Part shown: positions 28,122 to 37,434 of the stretch, piece by piece
Position numbering within the stretch: the stretch's first letter is position 1
Layout of the letters: every line of letters starts with the position of its first letter
Assembly (NCBI GenBank): GCA_963736515.1
Contig: CAVTPE010000024.1
Coordinates: 35,017-99,016, forward strand
DNA: 64,000 nucleotides
Direction: 5' to 3'
Origin: an uncultured Acidimicrobiaceae bacterium
Lineage (GTDB): Bacteria; Actinomycetota; Acidimicrobiia; Acidimicrobiales; RAAP-2
The notes under the pieces: generated by a model
Databases searched by the model: none
What the model saw: only the letters and a program-made list of their open reading frames with translations
What the model was told of the DNA's origin: nothing
Translations under genes and position numbers: made by a program

Positions 28122-29462
28122 ATGATCGACGCCGCCTGGGAGGACACCAACCTCCCCGCCCTCAGCGAGTACACCCGCATCCCGTGCCTCTCCCCCGCCT
28201 TCGACCCGGACTGGGCCGAGCGCGGCGCCATGAAGGAGGCCGCCGAATTCCTTGCTGCGTGGGTGCGAGACCAGGACCCCGCGCTGGCGGTCGAGATCAT
28301 CGACCTGCCGGGTCGCACCCCTGTCCTGTTGATCGACAACGGCGGCACGGGCGACCCGGTCGTGATCTATGGCCACATGGACAAGCAGCCCCCGCTGGGC
28401 GAATGGCGCAGCGGGCTCGGCCCCTACGAGCCGGTGCGCGAGGGCGACCTCCTCTATGGCCGCGGCACGGCGGACGACGGTTACGCGACGTTTGCCGCCG
28501 TGACGGGTCTGCTGGCGGCGGGCGGCGGGCGAGGCCGCGTGCTCATCCTCATTGAGGCGAGCGAGGAGAGCGGCAGCCCCGACCTGGCAGCCCACCTCGA
28601 GAACCTCACGGCGCGCATCGGCGCGCCCCGTCTCGTCATCTGCCTCGACTCGGGCGGCCTCAGCTACGACCGCCTCTGGTTGACGACCTCGTTGCGGGGA
28701 TGCCTCGTCGCCACCGTGCGGGTGGACGTCCTCACCGAAGGCATCCACAGCGGGGTCGGGGGGGGCGTCGTCCCGTCGTCGTTCCGGATCCTGCGCCGCA
28801 TGCTCTCCGCGATCGAGGACGAGGCAACCGGCCGCATCCTCCTGCCGGAATTGCTGGGGGCGGGGATCCCCGACGCGCTCCGGGACAATCTCGTGACCGT
28901 CGCGGCCGAGTTCCCCGACAGCGCGGCGCCCGTCGTCGACGGACTGCACCTGCTCACGAGGGACCCGGTCGACCGGCTCGTGGCCCGCACCTGGGGCGCC
29001 GCCCTCGAGGTCGTGGGCGCCGACGGGCTGCCCACGCCGCGCGACGGGGGCAACGTGCTGCGCCCTACGACGACGCTGAAGCTGTCGCTGCGCGTGCCCC
29101 CCGACGTGGACGTGCAGGCGGCGACCGATGCCTTGATCTCGGCCCTCCGCACCGACGAGGGCGCACACGTCACCATCGACACGCAGGCGGCCGCCCAGGG
29201 GTGGATCGCCCAGCCGCTCGATCCCGGGCTGGCCGCCACGCTGTCGGCCGTCTCCAAGGAGCGCCTCGGGCATGCCCACGGCCTCGTGGGCGAGGGCGGC
29301 TCCATCCCGTTCCTGGCCGACCTGCAGAAGGGCTTCCCCGGCACCCAGTTCGTGGCCACCGGCGTCCTCGGGCCGCATTCCAACGCCCACGGGCCCAACG
29401 AGTCCCTCAACATCCCGATGGCCAAGGCCGTCACCCACGCCGTGGCGGCGCTGCTGAAGTGA
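28122..29462 (+). CDS. M20-family metallopeptidase/dipeptidase
   Basis: VIYGHMDKQPP...LYGRGTADDGYA...EASEESGSP are the M20 metal-ligand blocks. Confidence 0.85.
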   Translation: MIDAAWEDTNLPALSEYTRIPCLSPAFDPDWAERGAMKEAAEFLAAWVRDQDPALAVEIIDLPGRTPVLLIDNGGTGDPVVIYGHMDKQPPLGEWRSGLGPYEPVREGDLLYGRGTADDGYATFAAVTGLLAAGGGRGRVLILIEASEESGSPDLAAHLENLTARIGAPRLVICLDSGGLSYDRLWLTTSLRGCLVATVRVDVLTEGIHSGVGGGVVPSSFRILRRMLSAIEDEATGRILLPELLGAGIPDALRDNLVTVAAEFPDSAAPVVDGLHLLTRDPVDRLVARTWGAALEVVGADGLPTPRDGGNVLRPTTTLKLSLRVPPDVDVQAATDALISALRTDEGAHVTIDTQAAAQGWIAQPLDPGLAATLSAVSKERLGHAHGLVGEGGSIPFLADLQKGFPGTQFVATGVLGPHSNAHGPNESLNIPMAKAVTHAVAALLK

Positions 29463-29475
29463 AGGAGCACTCGAA

Positions 29476-30225
29476 GTGACGGAAGGACCGCTCGCCGGCA
29501 AGGTCGCGCTCGTCACGGGCGGCAGCCGGGGCCTGGGGCGCTCCATGGTGCTGGCCTTCGCCGACGCCGGGGCCGACGTCATCGTGGCCAGCCGCAAGAT
29601 CGAGTCCTGCCGTGCCGTGGCGGCCGAGGTCGAGGCCAGGGGCCGGCGGGCCCTCCCCGTGGCCTGCCACGTCGGGCACTGGAGCGAGCTCGACGACCTC
29701 GTGGAGCAGGCCTACGCCGCGTTCGGCCGCGTCGACGTGCTGGTCAACAACGCCGGCATGTCGCCCCTCTACCCCGACCTCACCGCGGTGAGCGAGGAAT
29801 TGTGGGACAAGGTGCTCGGGGTCAACCTCAAAGGCCCGTTCCGGCTCACCGCGCTCGTGGGTACGAGGATGGCGGACGGCCCATATGGTGGATCCATCAT
29901 CAACGTCTCGAGCACCGGTTCCCTGCGCCCGGCTCCGGGCATGCTGCCCTACGACGCCGCCAAAGCGGCGCTGAACACCCTGACCGAAGGCTTCGCCAAG
30001 GCTTTCGGGCCCACGGTACGGGTCAACTGCATCATGGCCGGCCCCTTCCTCACCGACATCGCCAAGGCCTGGGACCCCGCCGTCCTCGAGCGGGGCATGC
30101 CGAACCACGCCCTGAGGCGGGCCGGCGAGCCCGACGAGATCGTCGGCGCCGCGTTGTACTTCGCCACTGACGCCTCGTCGTACACGACGGGCGCCATCCT
30201 GCGCGTCGACGGAGGTATCCCATGA
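29476..30225 (+). CDS. SDR-family oxidoreductase (FabG-like)
   Basis: VALVTGGSRGLGRS, NNAG, YDAAKAALNTL. Confidence 0.88.
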   Translation: MTEGPLAGKVALVTGGSRGLGRSMVLAFADAGADVIVASRKIESCRAVAAEVEARGRRALPVACHVGHWSELDDLVEQAYAAFGRVDVLVNNAGMSPLYPDLTAVSEELWDKVLGVNLKGPFRLTALVGTRMADGPYGGSIINVSSTGSLRPAPGMLPYDAAKAALNTLTEGFAKAFGPTVRVNCIMAGPFLTDIAKAWDPAVLERGMPNHALRRAGEPDEIVGAALYFATDASSYTTGAILRVDGGIP

Positions 30226-30839
30226 CCGACACGGCAGACTTCTGGTTCGATCCCCTGTGCCCGTGGGCGTGGATCACCTCGCGCTGGATGCTCGAAGTCG
30301 AGCAGGTGCGTGACATCCACACCGAGTGGCACGTCATGTCGCTGGCCATCCTGAACGCCGGGCGTGACGATCTCTCCGAGGAGTACAAGGCGCGCATGGC
30401 CCGGGCCAAGGGCCCGGTGCGGGTGTGCATCGCCGCGGAGCAGATGAAGGGCCGCGACATCCTCCTCCCTCTGTACACGGCGATCGGTGGCCGTTTCCAT
30501 CTCGAACAGCGGGGGCGTGCGGAGGGTGAGGCGGAGGTCGTCATCGCCGAGGCGCTCGCCGAGCTGGGTCTCCCGGCTTCCCTCGCCGGGGCAGGCACAT
30601 CCGACGAGTTCGACGCTCTGCTCGAGGCCTCCCACCGGGCCGGCATGGATCCCGTCGGCAAAGACGTCGGCACGCCGGTGATCCACTACAACGGGGCGGC
30701 CATCTTCGGCCCCGTGGTCACGCCGACCCCCAAGGGCGAGGCCGCCGGCCGGCTATGGGACGGGGTCCTGCTGGTCACGGGGACCGACGGCTTCTTCGAG
30801 CTGAAGCGCACCCGGGACCGCCGCCCGAGCTTCGACTGA
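30222..30839 (+). CDS. DsbA-like thioredoxin-fold protein of the Rv2466c (mycoredoxin-2 type) family, with a CPWA active site
   Basis: ADFWFDPLCPWAWITSRWMLEVEQVRDI...FFELKRTRDRRPSFD is collinear with my recollection of Rv2466c. ATGA overlap with the upstream SDR. Confidence 0.8.
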   Translation: MTDTADFWFDPLCPWAWITSRWMLEVEQVRDIHTEWHVMSLAILNAGRDDLSEEYKARMARAKGPVRVCIAAEQMKGRDILLPLYTAIGGRFHLEQRGRAEGEAEVVIAEALAELGLPASLAGAGTSDEFDALLEASHRAGMDPVGKDVGTPVIHYNGAAIFGPVVTPTPKGEAAGRLWDGVLLVTGTDGFFELKRTRDRRPSFD

Positions 30840-30927
30840 GGCCTTCGACTGAGGCAGGGGTCTCGCCAGGCCTCTCGGTGTCACGTCACATCGGAGGGAG
30901 TGACGGGGGCACGCCCCACGCCCCCGT

Positions 30928-32678
30928 TCACTGCGCGGCCAGGATGGCCGCCACCTCTGCGACAGGGTCGCGGACCACCGGCCCGGTGGCCGACACCTCG
31001 GCCCGCACGATCGTGCCGTTGAACGCGAAGGGCGCGTCGTAGTCGTCGCCTACCGATGGACCCCACTCGTAGCCACAGGTGAGCCCGATCATCACCTCGT
31101 TGAAGGCGACGGGCGTGAAGCGCTCGATGGTGCCGGTCCCGACGACCGCGCCGTCCTGGAGGAGCATGGCGGTGCCCCCGAGCAAATCGTCCCACTCGAA
31201 GCGGAACTCGAGGTCGTGGCGTCCCGCGTCGAGCTCTCGGTCGGCGGTGACCTCGTAGAGCCGCCGACCATGCAGATTGTGGACGTAGCGCAGCCGTCCC
31301 GCGTGGACGTGCAGCGACCAGCCCCCGAGCGCGCAGCCGAGCGCGAGCAGGGTGCCGTCGGGCGCCGCCCCGCCCGGCCCGTCGACAACCACCGAGATGG
31401 CATGCGAGCGGTTGCGGACGTCGACGGCAACCCATTCGGGCACCGGGGCGCCGCCCTGGAAGTAGCGATACGTGTCCTGGGGCCGGCGACGATCGTGCTT
31501 GTGCACCATGGCGTCCAGCACCCGGTTGTCCAGGGGCAGCACGTCGTTCCGGCGCGCTTCCTCCCACCACAGTGCCACCAGGTCGGCCAACTTCTCGGGG
31601 AATGCGGCGGCGCGGTCGTGCGCCTCCGAGACGTCCTCGGCGACGTGGTAGAGCTCCCAGACGTCGTCGTCGAACGGGGCGCTGTTGCTCAGCCCGTCGT
31701 CGTAGATCGGGCCGACGGGGTGGTAGGTCACCGCCTTCCAACCGTCGTGGTAGATGGCACGCGACCCGAGCATCTCGAAGTGCTGGGTGTGGTGGCGGCC
31801 GGGGCGCGCTCCCCGTCCGCTGTCCCAGCTCGGGACCCAGGACGGGCGGGGCGAGAGCACGGTCCCCTCGGGGACGATGCCCTGGGCCAGCTGGCGGGCG
31901 AAGGTCTCGTCGCGCCAGTGGTCCCACCCCTGGGCGAAGCGTCCCTTGTAGCGCTCCACCCACTCGGCCGGCGCGTGGTGTGGCGAGTGGCAGGCCCCAG
32001 TGGCGAAGTAGAGGAAGAAGGGCAATTCGTCGTCCACGGCACGCAGGTCGCCCAAGAACTCGATGGCCCGGTCGGCCAGGTCGGCGCTGAGGTGATAGCC
32101 GTCCTCGACGGCGCGTGCGGGCGCACGGCGTGGTTGTCGTGGTACAGCGCGGGGACGAATTGGTGCGTCTCGCCGCCATGGAAGCCGTACCAGCGGTCGA
32201 AGCCGCGGCCGAGCGGCCACGTCGCCCGTGAGTTGGCCATGTTCGTCTCGCCCTCGGGGCTGAGATGCCACTTCCCCACCGCGTACGTCGCGTACCCGGT
32301 GGCGCGCAGGATCTCGGAGAGGAAACCGTTCTCGCGGGGTGGCCGGCCCCAGTATCCCGGAAAGCCGCTGGCGAGGTCGGCCACCCGGCCCATGCCGCTG
32401 CGGTGATGGTTCCTCCCCGTGAGCAAGCAGGCCCGGGTGGGCGAGCACAGCGCGGTGGTGTGGAAATTGGTCAGCCGGACCCCCTCGGCGGCCAGACGGT
32501 CGATCACCGGCGTCTCGATGTCGGACCCGTAGCACCCGAGCTGGGCGAAGCCGACGTCGTCGAGGACGATCAGTACGACGTTCGGCGCGCCCTCAGGTGG
32601 GGTGGGCACGGGGGGCCACCAGGGCTCCGAGTCGCGCCAGTCGTTGCCGATCGTCCCCCGGAACTCCACCCGTGCCAC
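30928..32678 (-). pseudogene. AtsA-type arylsulfatase, frameshifted and apparently carrying a large internal deletion
   Basis: The N-terminal frame (VLIVLDDVGFAQLGCYGS, ALCSPTRACLLTGRNHH, ...ALYHDNHAV) is lost near 32122-32136. It continues as ARAVEDGYHLSADLADRAIEF in another frame. WVPSWDS is then joined almost directly to RHHTQHFEMLG (about 31795-31818). Confidence 0.8.
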
Positions 32679-32771
32679 CCGCGCGACCTCCCGACCCTCG
32701 ACGTCAACGAGAGCACGGCACGCGCGGCCCGCGCCGCGGCCGGGCGTTGCCCGAGCGTCGACTGACCTCGC

Positions 32772-34379
32772 TCACGCGTCGATCACTTCCGTGACCGGCA
32801 ACAGTCCGTGGTCCATGGCGTAGAGGCTGGCGGTCACCCGGCTCGAGGCGCCGATCTTCACGTAGATGTGCTCGATGTGGTTGCGTGCCGTCTTGGGGGA
32901 GATCACCAACTCGCGACCGATCTGCTTGCTCGACAAGCCCCGGGCCAGGAGCCGCAGGACGTCGACCTCGCGGGCAGTGAGCCCGGCCGGGCCCTCGCGC
33001 CGGCGACCCGCCCGGTGGCCGGCGGCACCGAGCACGGCGGCGACAGCATCCGCATCGAGTCGGCCTGCCTTCACGTCCGATCGAAGCTGCGACGCGGCCT
33101 CCTCCGGCGTCAGCGCTGGACGATGCGGTCGGGGCTCGCGCATCGACTGGTAGGCGTCCGCCGCGCCCAACAACCGGCCCGGCATGGAGATGGCCGACCC
33201 CACCAGCTGGCGCGGATAGCCCGAACCATCGAGGCGTTCGCGCAGTTGGACGGCGACGGCCCCGAGCGGTGCCAGAGCAGCTGACTGCTGCAGCATCCGC
33301 CCTGTCAGGTACGGGAAGAGGCGCACCCGCTCCCACTCCCCGGCGCCCAGCGGGCCCGGCTTGTCCCAGATGGAATTGGACACACCCAGACGGCCGAGAC
33401 CGTGCACCAGCCCGGCCCGGCGCATGGTCGTGACCTGGGCCGGCCCGAACCCGAGAAGGGAACCGGCGTCCGCCGCCAGCTGCGACACGGCAGCGGCATG
33501 CCCGAGCATGTACGGCGATTTGAGGTCGACGAAGTTGGCCACGGCGGCCAGCGCCTCGTCGTAGCGGTCGGCCGAGAGCCTGACACCGAGTGCGGGCTCG
33601 GCCCCGATGACCGCGTCCCAGGTCTGCGCCGATTCGAGGTCGGAGAAGATCACATCCGCGTTGGCGCACAGAAGGGCGGCGAGGTCCGGGTCGAACTGCG
33701 ATCCCGACCGTTTGCGGGCGAGCTCCATGGCGGCATCGGGTCCACCCACCCGCTGCGCCACCTCCGCGTACTCGGCGATCTGGGCGACCCGTGAGGCCAA
33801 CGGGATCTCGGCACCCCTCAGGTCACCCGGCCAGCCGCGACCGTCCCAGCGCTCATACGAGGCGCCCACCGCCTCTTGCACCGCGTCGGGCAGACCGAGC
33901 TGCCGAGCCAGCATGCGCGCCAACGCCGAGTGGCGGGCGATCATGCCGTTGAGATCCCGGTGACCCGACACGGCGAACTCGAGACCGACTCGAAAACGGT
34001 GCAGCGGTGGGTTGCCCGAGCCGATGAGGCGCATGGCCGCTGCCGCGCCGGCCAGGCCCCGCTGCTCGTGATCGTACTTACCCGACTTGAGGGCGATGTC
34101 GTCGCCGAACCACTTGGCCTGCTCGTGCGCGTCGGAATGACAGCCGACGTTGACGAGCAGTGCGGTGTAGTAAACGACGAGGCGCTCCTCGTCGCGCAGC
34201 CCGACGCCTTCCCCGATCCGTAGCGCGATCAGGCACTGGCGAAGGACGTGCTCCATCGGTTGGCCGAAGCCGAGGTCGACGCCCAACGACAACGCCGCGA
34301 CGAGCTCGGCGAGGCGGATCGGCGTCGGTTCCTGCACCCGTGCGGTGCTCACCCCGAGGACGCTACCCCCTGGCATCAC
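32772..34379 (-). CDS. LuxR-family regulator with two tandem degenerate HD-GYP-like domains
   Basis: Domain 1 reads LLVNVGCHSDAHE...SYERWDGRGWP. Domain 2 reads LVHGLGRLGV...LRERLDGSGYP. The C-terminal HTH is LTAREVDVLRLLARGLSSKQIGRELVISPKTARNHIEHIYVKIG. Confidence 0.8.
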   Translation of the reverse strand: MMPGGSVLGVSTARVQEPTPIRLAELVAALSLGVDLGFGQPMEHVLRQCLIALRIGEGVGLRDEERLVVYYTALLVNVGCHSDAHEQAKWFGDDIALKSGKYDHEQRGLAGAAAAMRLIGSGNPPLHRFRVGLEFAVSGHRDLNGMIARHSALARMLARQLGLPDAVQEAVGASYERWDGRGWPGDLRGAEIPLASRVAQIAEYAEVAQRVGGPDAAMELARKRSGSQFDPDLAALLCANADVIFSDLESAQTWDAVIGAEPALGVRLSADRYDEALAAVANFVDLKSPYMLGHAAAVSQLAADAGSLLGFGPAQVTTMRRAGLVHGLGRLGVSNSIWDKPGPLGAGEWERVRLFPYLTGRMLQQSAALAPLGAVAVQLRERLDGSGYPRQLVGSAISMPGRLLGAADAYQSMREPRPHRPALTPEEAASQLRSDVKAGRLDADAVAAVLGAAGHRAGRRREGPAGLTAREVDVLRLLARGLSSKQIGRELVISPKTARNHIEHIYVKIGASSRVTASLYAMDHGLLPVTEVIDA

Positions 34380-34565
34380 TCACGTCTCGGTGCGGGCCGC
34401 GCGCTCAGGTGAGTCTCATACAGGACGCTGGTCACTCACGGGCCATTGACGCTGCTTCCGTCGGGCCCGTCGAAAAGCACGCCGAAGATGGGGCAGTCGC
34501 CCCATGCCGCCGTCCGATCGCATGCGTAGCGTGGCAGGCAGTTGCTGCCTCGGAAGGGAGACGAC

Positions 34566-35210
34566 GTGAGCCTACGCCAACGATTCTTCGCACTGACCTA
34601 TGACCGCCAAATGGCCAAGGTCGAGGAAGCGGGTCTCCGCGCCCACCGCGAGCAGCTCCTCTCTCCTCTCGCGGGTCGCGTGCTCGAGATCGGCGGTGGA
34701 ACAGGGTCCAATCTCTCCGCGTACGGCGCGGGCGTCACGTCGCTCACCATCACCGAGCCCGACAGGCACATGCTGCGGCGCCTGGAGGCACACGTGCGGA
34801 AGCAGATGCCGGCGACGCGCGTGCTGCGGGCACCGGCGGAGGACCTGCCCTTCGGCGACGAATCGTTCGACGCCGTCGTTTCGACGCTCGTGCTGTGCGG
34901 GGTCGATGACCAACCGCGCGCCCTGCGGGAGATCCGCCGCGTCCTACGTCCGGGCGGACAGCTCGTGTTCTTCGAGCACGTCCGATCCGATGACCCGAAG
35001 GTCGCCCGGCAGCAGGACCGGATGAACCCGGTCAACCGCTTCGTGGCCGGATGCGAGTGCAACCGACCCACCCTCGAGAGCATCCGGGGTGCCGGTTTCG
35101 ACGTCGAGGCTGCGCCGGCCACCCTGTGGAAGGCCCCCCGGTTCCTGCGTCCCGCCATCGTTGGCCGCGCCCGGGTGGCGGTGGCCACCAACGCAGGCTC
35201 GGGCACTTGA
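34566..35210 (+). CDS. class I SAM-dependent methyltransferase
   Basis: VLEIGGGTGSNL and LRPGGQLVFFEH. GGAAGGGAG precedes GTG 34566. Confidence 0.8.
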   Translation: MSLRQRFFALTYDRQMAKVEEAGLRAHREQLLSPLAGRVLEIGGGTGSNLSAYGAGVTSLTITEPDRHMLRRLEAHVRKQMPATRVLRAPAEDLPFGDESFDAVVSTLVLCGVDDQPRALREIRRVLRPGGQLVFFEHVRSDDPKVARQQDRMNPVNRFVAGCECNRPTLESIRGAGFDVEAAPATLWKAPRFLRPAIVGRARVAVATNAGSGT

Positions 35211-35277
35211 CGTTGGCGCGCAAGGCCGATTCGCCGCGACCCATCACCGGACCGCCAGCACAGACAAGGAGAAGAAC

Positions 35278-35670
35278 ATGCCCAGCATGTCCCTGAGCAC
35301 GGCTCCCCGCGTGGACGACTTCGGCCCCGCCGTGGATCACAGCGGAGAGCTCGCCGATTACACGGTCAACTTCGTGTCTATTCGTCAGGACGCCGACCTG
35401 GCCCAGATGCTCTCGGCCCTGCCCGGAGGGCAGTGCCCGTGTCCACACTGGGGCTTCCTGCTGAAGGGCCGGATGACGGTCCGCTACGCGAACGGAGAGG
35501 AGACAATCGGGGCCGGGGAAGCGTTCTACCTCCCGCCCGGACACGTCCCCGCCGCGGCAGCGGGAACCGAGTTCGTCCAGTTCAGCCCCGCTGCGGAGCT
35601 CATGGCCGTGACGGCGGCCCTGCAGGGCGCCGCACCCAGTTCCGACCACGAGAGCGACGAGGGACGCTGA
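35278..35670 (+). CDS. cupin-domain protein
   Basis: AGGAGAAG RBS, then ATG 35278. CPCPHWGFLLKGRMTVRY...GEAFYLPPGHVP. Confidence 0.65.
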   Translation: MPSMSLSTAPRVDDFGPAVDHSGELADYTVNFVSIRQDADLAQMLSALPGGQCPCPHWGFLLKGRMTVRYANGEETIGAGEAFYLPPGHVPAAAAGTEFVQFSPAAELMAVTAALQGAAPSSDHESDEGR

Positions 35671-35785
35671 CTGGCCGGCGAGCAGGTTGGGGCCGCCGGC
35701 CGGCAGGAGTGGTGACACCGGCCTGTTCCGTAGCTGGCGGACGCGGCGCTTGCCTCTCGTTGCTCGCTCAGTCCCCGGAGCACGG

Positions 35786-36247
35786 TCAGTAGTACCCGCG
35801 CATCAGCTCCGTGGACCAGGGGGGCTGGCGAACCGATGCATCCGGCGGCTCGAACTCGCGCATGAACGGCTTCACGTCGAGCACCGGGGACCCGTCGACC
35901 GCGTCGAGACCCCGCACGTGCAGGTCGAGCCCTTCAACCCGGCTCAACGAGCAGGTGGACACACCCAGGCGGTTCGGCCGCATCTTGGCCCGCTGGGCGA
36001 ACATGCCCACCTCGGGCCAGTCCGGGTTCCCCCGGGGGCGGCGGGCGCCCGCCTGCACGTCGGCCGGATCCACCAGGTGGAACTGGAACACGACCACGAG
36101 ATGGGAGAACGCGTCGAGCCCCGCCACCGCAGCGGGCCCGAACTGTGTGCCGTCGAGGCGGATGACCGCTTCCACACCGCCCCAGTCGTCGTCGACGGCC
36201 TCGGAGCGACCGCCCATCACGAACCCCACCGGCGCCAGCGCGATCAC
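35786..36247 (-). CDS. TsaA/TrmO-like (YaeB/UPF0066) SAM-dependent methyltransferase family protein
   Basis: MRPNRLGVSTCSLSRVEGLDLHVRGLDAVDGSPVLDVKPF. The start is uncertain (GTG 36247; the longest ORF reaches 36301). Confidence 0.65.
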   Translation of the reverse strand: MIALAPVGFVMGGRSEAVDDDWGGVEAVIRLDGTQFGPAAVAGLDAFSHLVVVFQFHLVDPADVQAGARRPRGNPDWPEVGMFAQRAKMRPNRLGVSTCSLSRVEGLDLHVRGLDAVDGSPVLDVKPFMREFEPPDASVRQPPWSTELMRGYY

Positions 36248-36279
36248 GACCGCCAACGCTAGTTTTTGTCGGTGGGGAC

Positions 36280-37434
36280 ATGGTGCCTGGGCCGGGAGCA
36301 CGACTGACCGGGTTCGTCATCACCCTCAACGAACTTCGCCGGCGGGTGCGCGACCGTTCGGCGGTCATCACCTGTCTGGTCGCACCACTGGCCATCGCGG
36401 CCATCCTCGGCTTCGCCTTCTCCGGCAACTCCTCCTCGGGCGTGCTCACCCTCGGGGTATCCGGCGCCTCGCCGGCCCTGCTGCGTGCCGCCGCCCACGC
36501 GTGCCAGCTGCCCCGCAATGTCGTCGTGCGGGTCGTCCCCGGCGAGGCGGCGGTCACACGGGAGGTGGCGGACGGCACGCTGTCCGGCGGCGTGGTGATC
36601 TTCCGGGGAAAAACCAGTCTCGCCCACCTCCTCATCCCGATGGTGGCGCCGGGCGCCACCCCCTCCCCCGCGTTCGACATCGTCGACCGGCCGAACGCGC
36701 TGATCGGACAGGAGTACGCCGAATCGCTGGCGGCGGGCGTGGCCAGCCGGATCTACGCCGGCCGCATCGAACGCGGGACGGCCACCGACTCCGCCGCGAT
36801 CTCGGTCGCGGCGAGCACGCTCGGCAACGGGGGCAAGGCCGTGCTCGACTACTTCGCGCCATCGATCGCGGTGGTGTTCCTCTTCATCGGGAGCGGCCTG
36901 GGCATGCGCTCCCTCTTGCTGGAGCGCTCGACGGGGACCCTGGCCCGGCTCGCCGCCGCGCCGATCAAGCCGAGCGCGATCGTCTGGGGCAAGCTCCTGG
37001 CCATCGCCCTCACCGGGCTCACGTCCATCCTGATCGTCTGGGGCGTGACGGCGGCGGCCTTCGGCGCCAATTGGGGTGACCCGCTCGGCGTGTTCATGAT
37101 GTGTGTCGGGGCCACTGCCGCGATGTGCGGCCTCGGCGCGTTCCTCACCTCGTTCGCCCGGACCCCCCAAGAGGCCTTCGCCGCCTCCCTGGTGGTCGGG
37201 CTCGTGCTGGCGCTGCTGGGAGGCAACCTGCTCCCGCCCGGTGCGCTGCCCGAGGCATTTCAGGTGCTGAGCCTCGGCACACCGAACGGGTGGGCCGTGG
37301 TCGGGTTCGGGCGCCTGGCGTTGTTGCGCGACCACGCGTCGTCGGTGGTCGCACCCTTCCTCGTCCTCTGCCTCATCGCCCTCGTCACCGGAGGCCTGGC
37401 CATGGCCCGGGTGCGTCGGATGGTGACGCCGTGA
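36280..37434 (+). CDS. ABC-2 family transporter permease with a large first extracytoplasmic loop
   Basis: One TM, a ~150-aa loop, then 5 TMs (FAPSIAVVFLFIGSGLGMRSLLLERSTGTLARL). Confidence 0.75.
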   Translation: MVPGPGARLTGFVITLNELRRRVRDRSAVITCLVAPLAIAAILGFAFSGNSSSGVLTLGVSGASPALLRAAAHACQLPRNVVVRVVPGEAAVTREVADGTLSGGVVIFRGKTSLAHLLIPMVAPGATPSPAFDIVDRPNALIGQEYAESLAAGVASRIYAGRIERGTATDSAAISVAASTLGNGGKAVLDYFAPSIAVVFLFIGSGLGMRSLLLERSTGTLARLAAAPIKPSAIVWGKLLAIALTGLTSILIVWGVTAAAFGANWGDPLGVFMMCVGATAAMCGLGAFLTSFARTPQEAFAASLVVGLVLALLGGNLLPPGALPEAFQVLSLGTPNGWAVVGFGRLALLRDHASSVVAPFLVLCLIALVTGGLAMARVRRMVTP

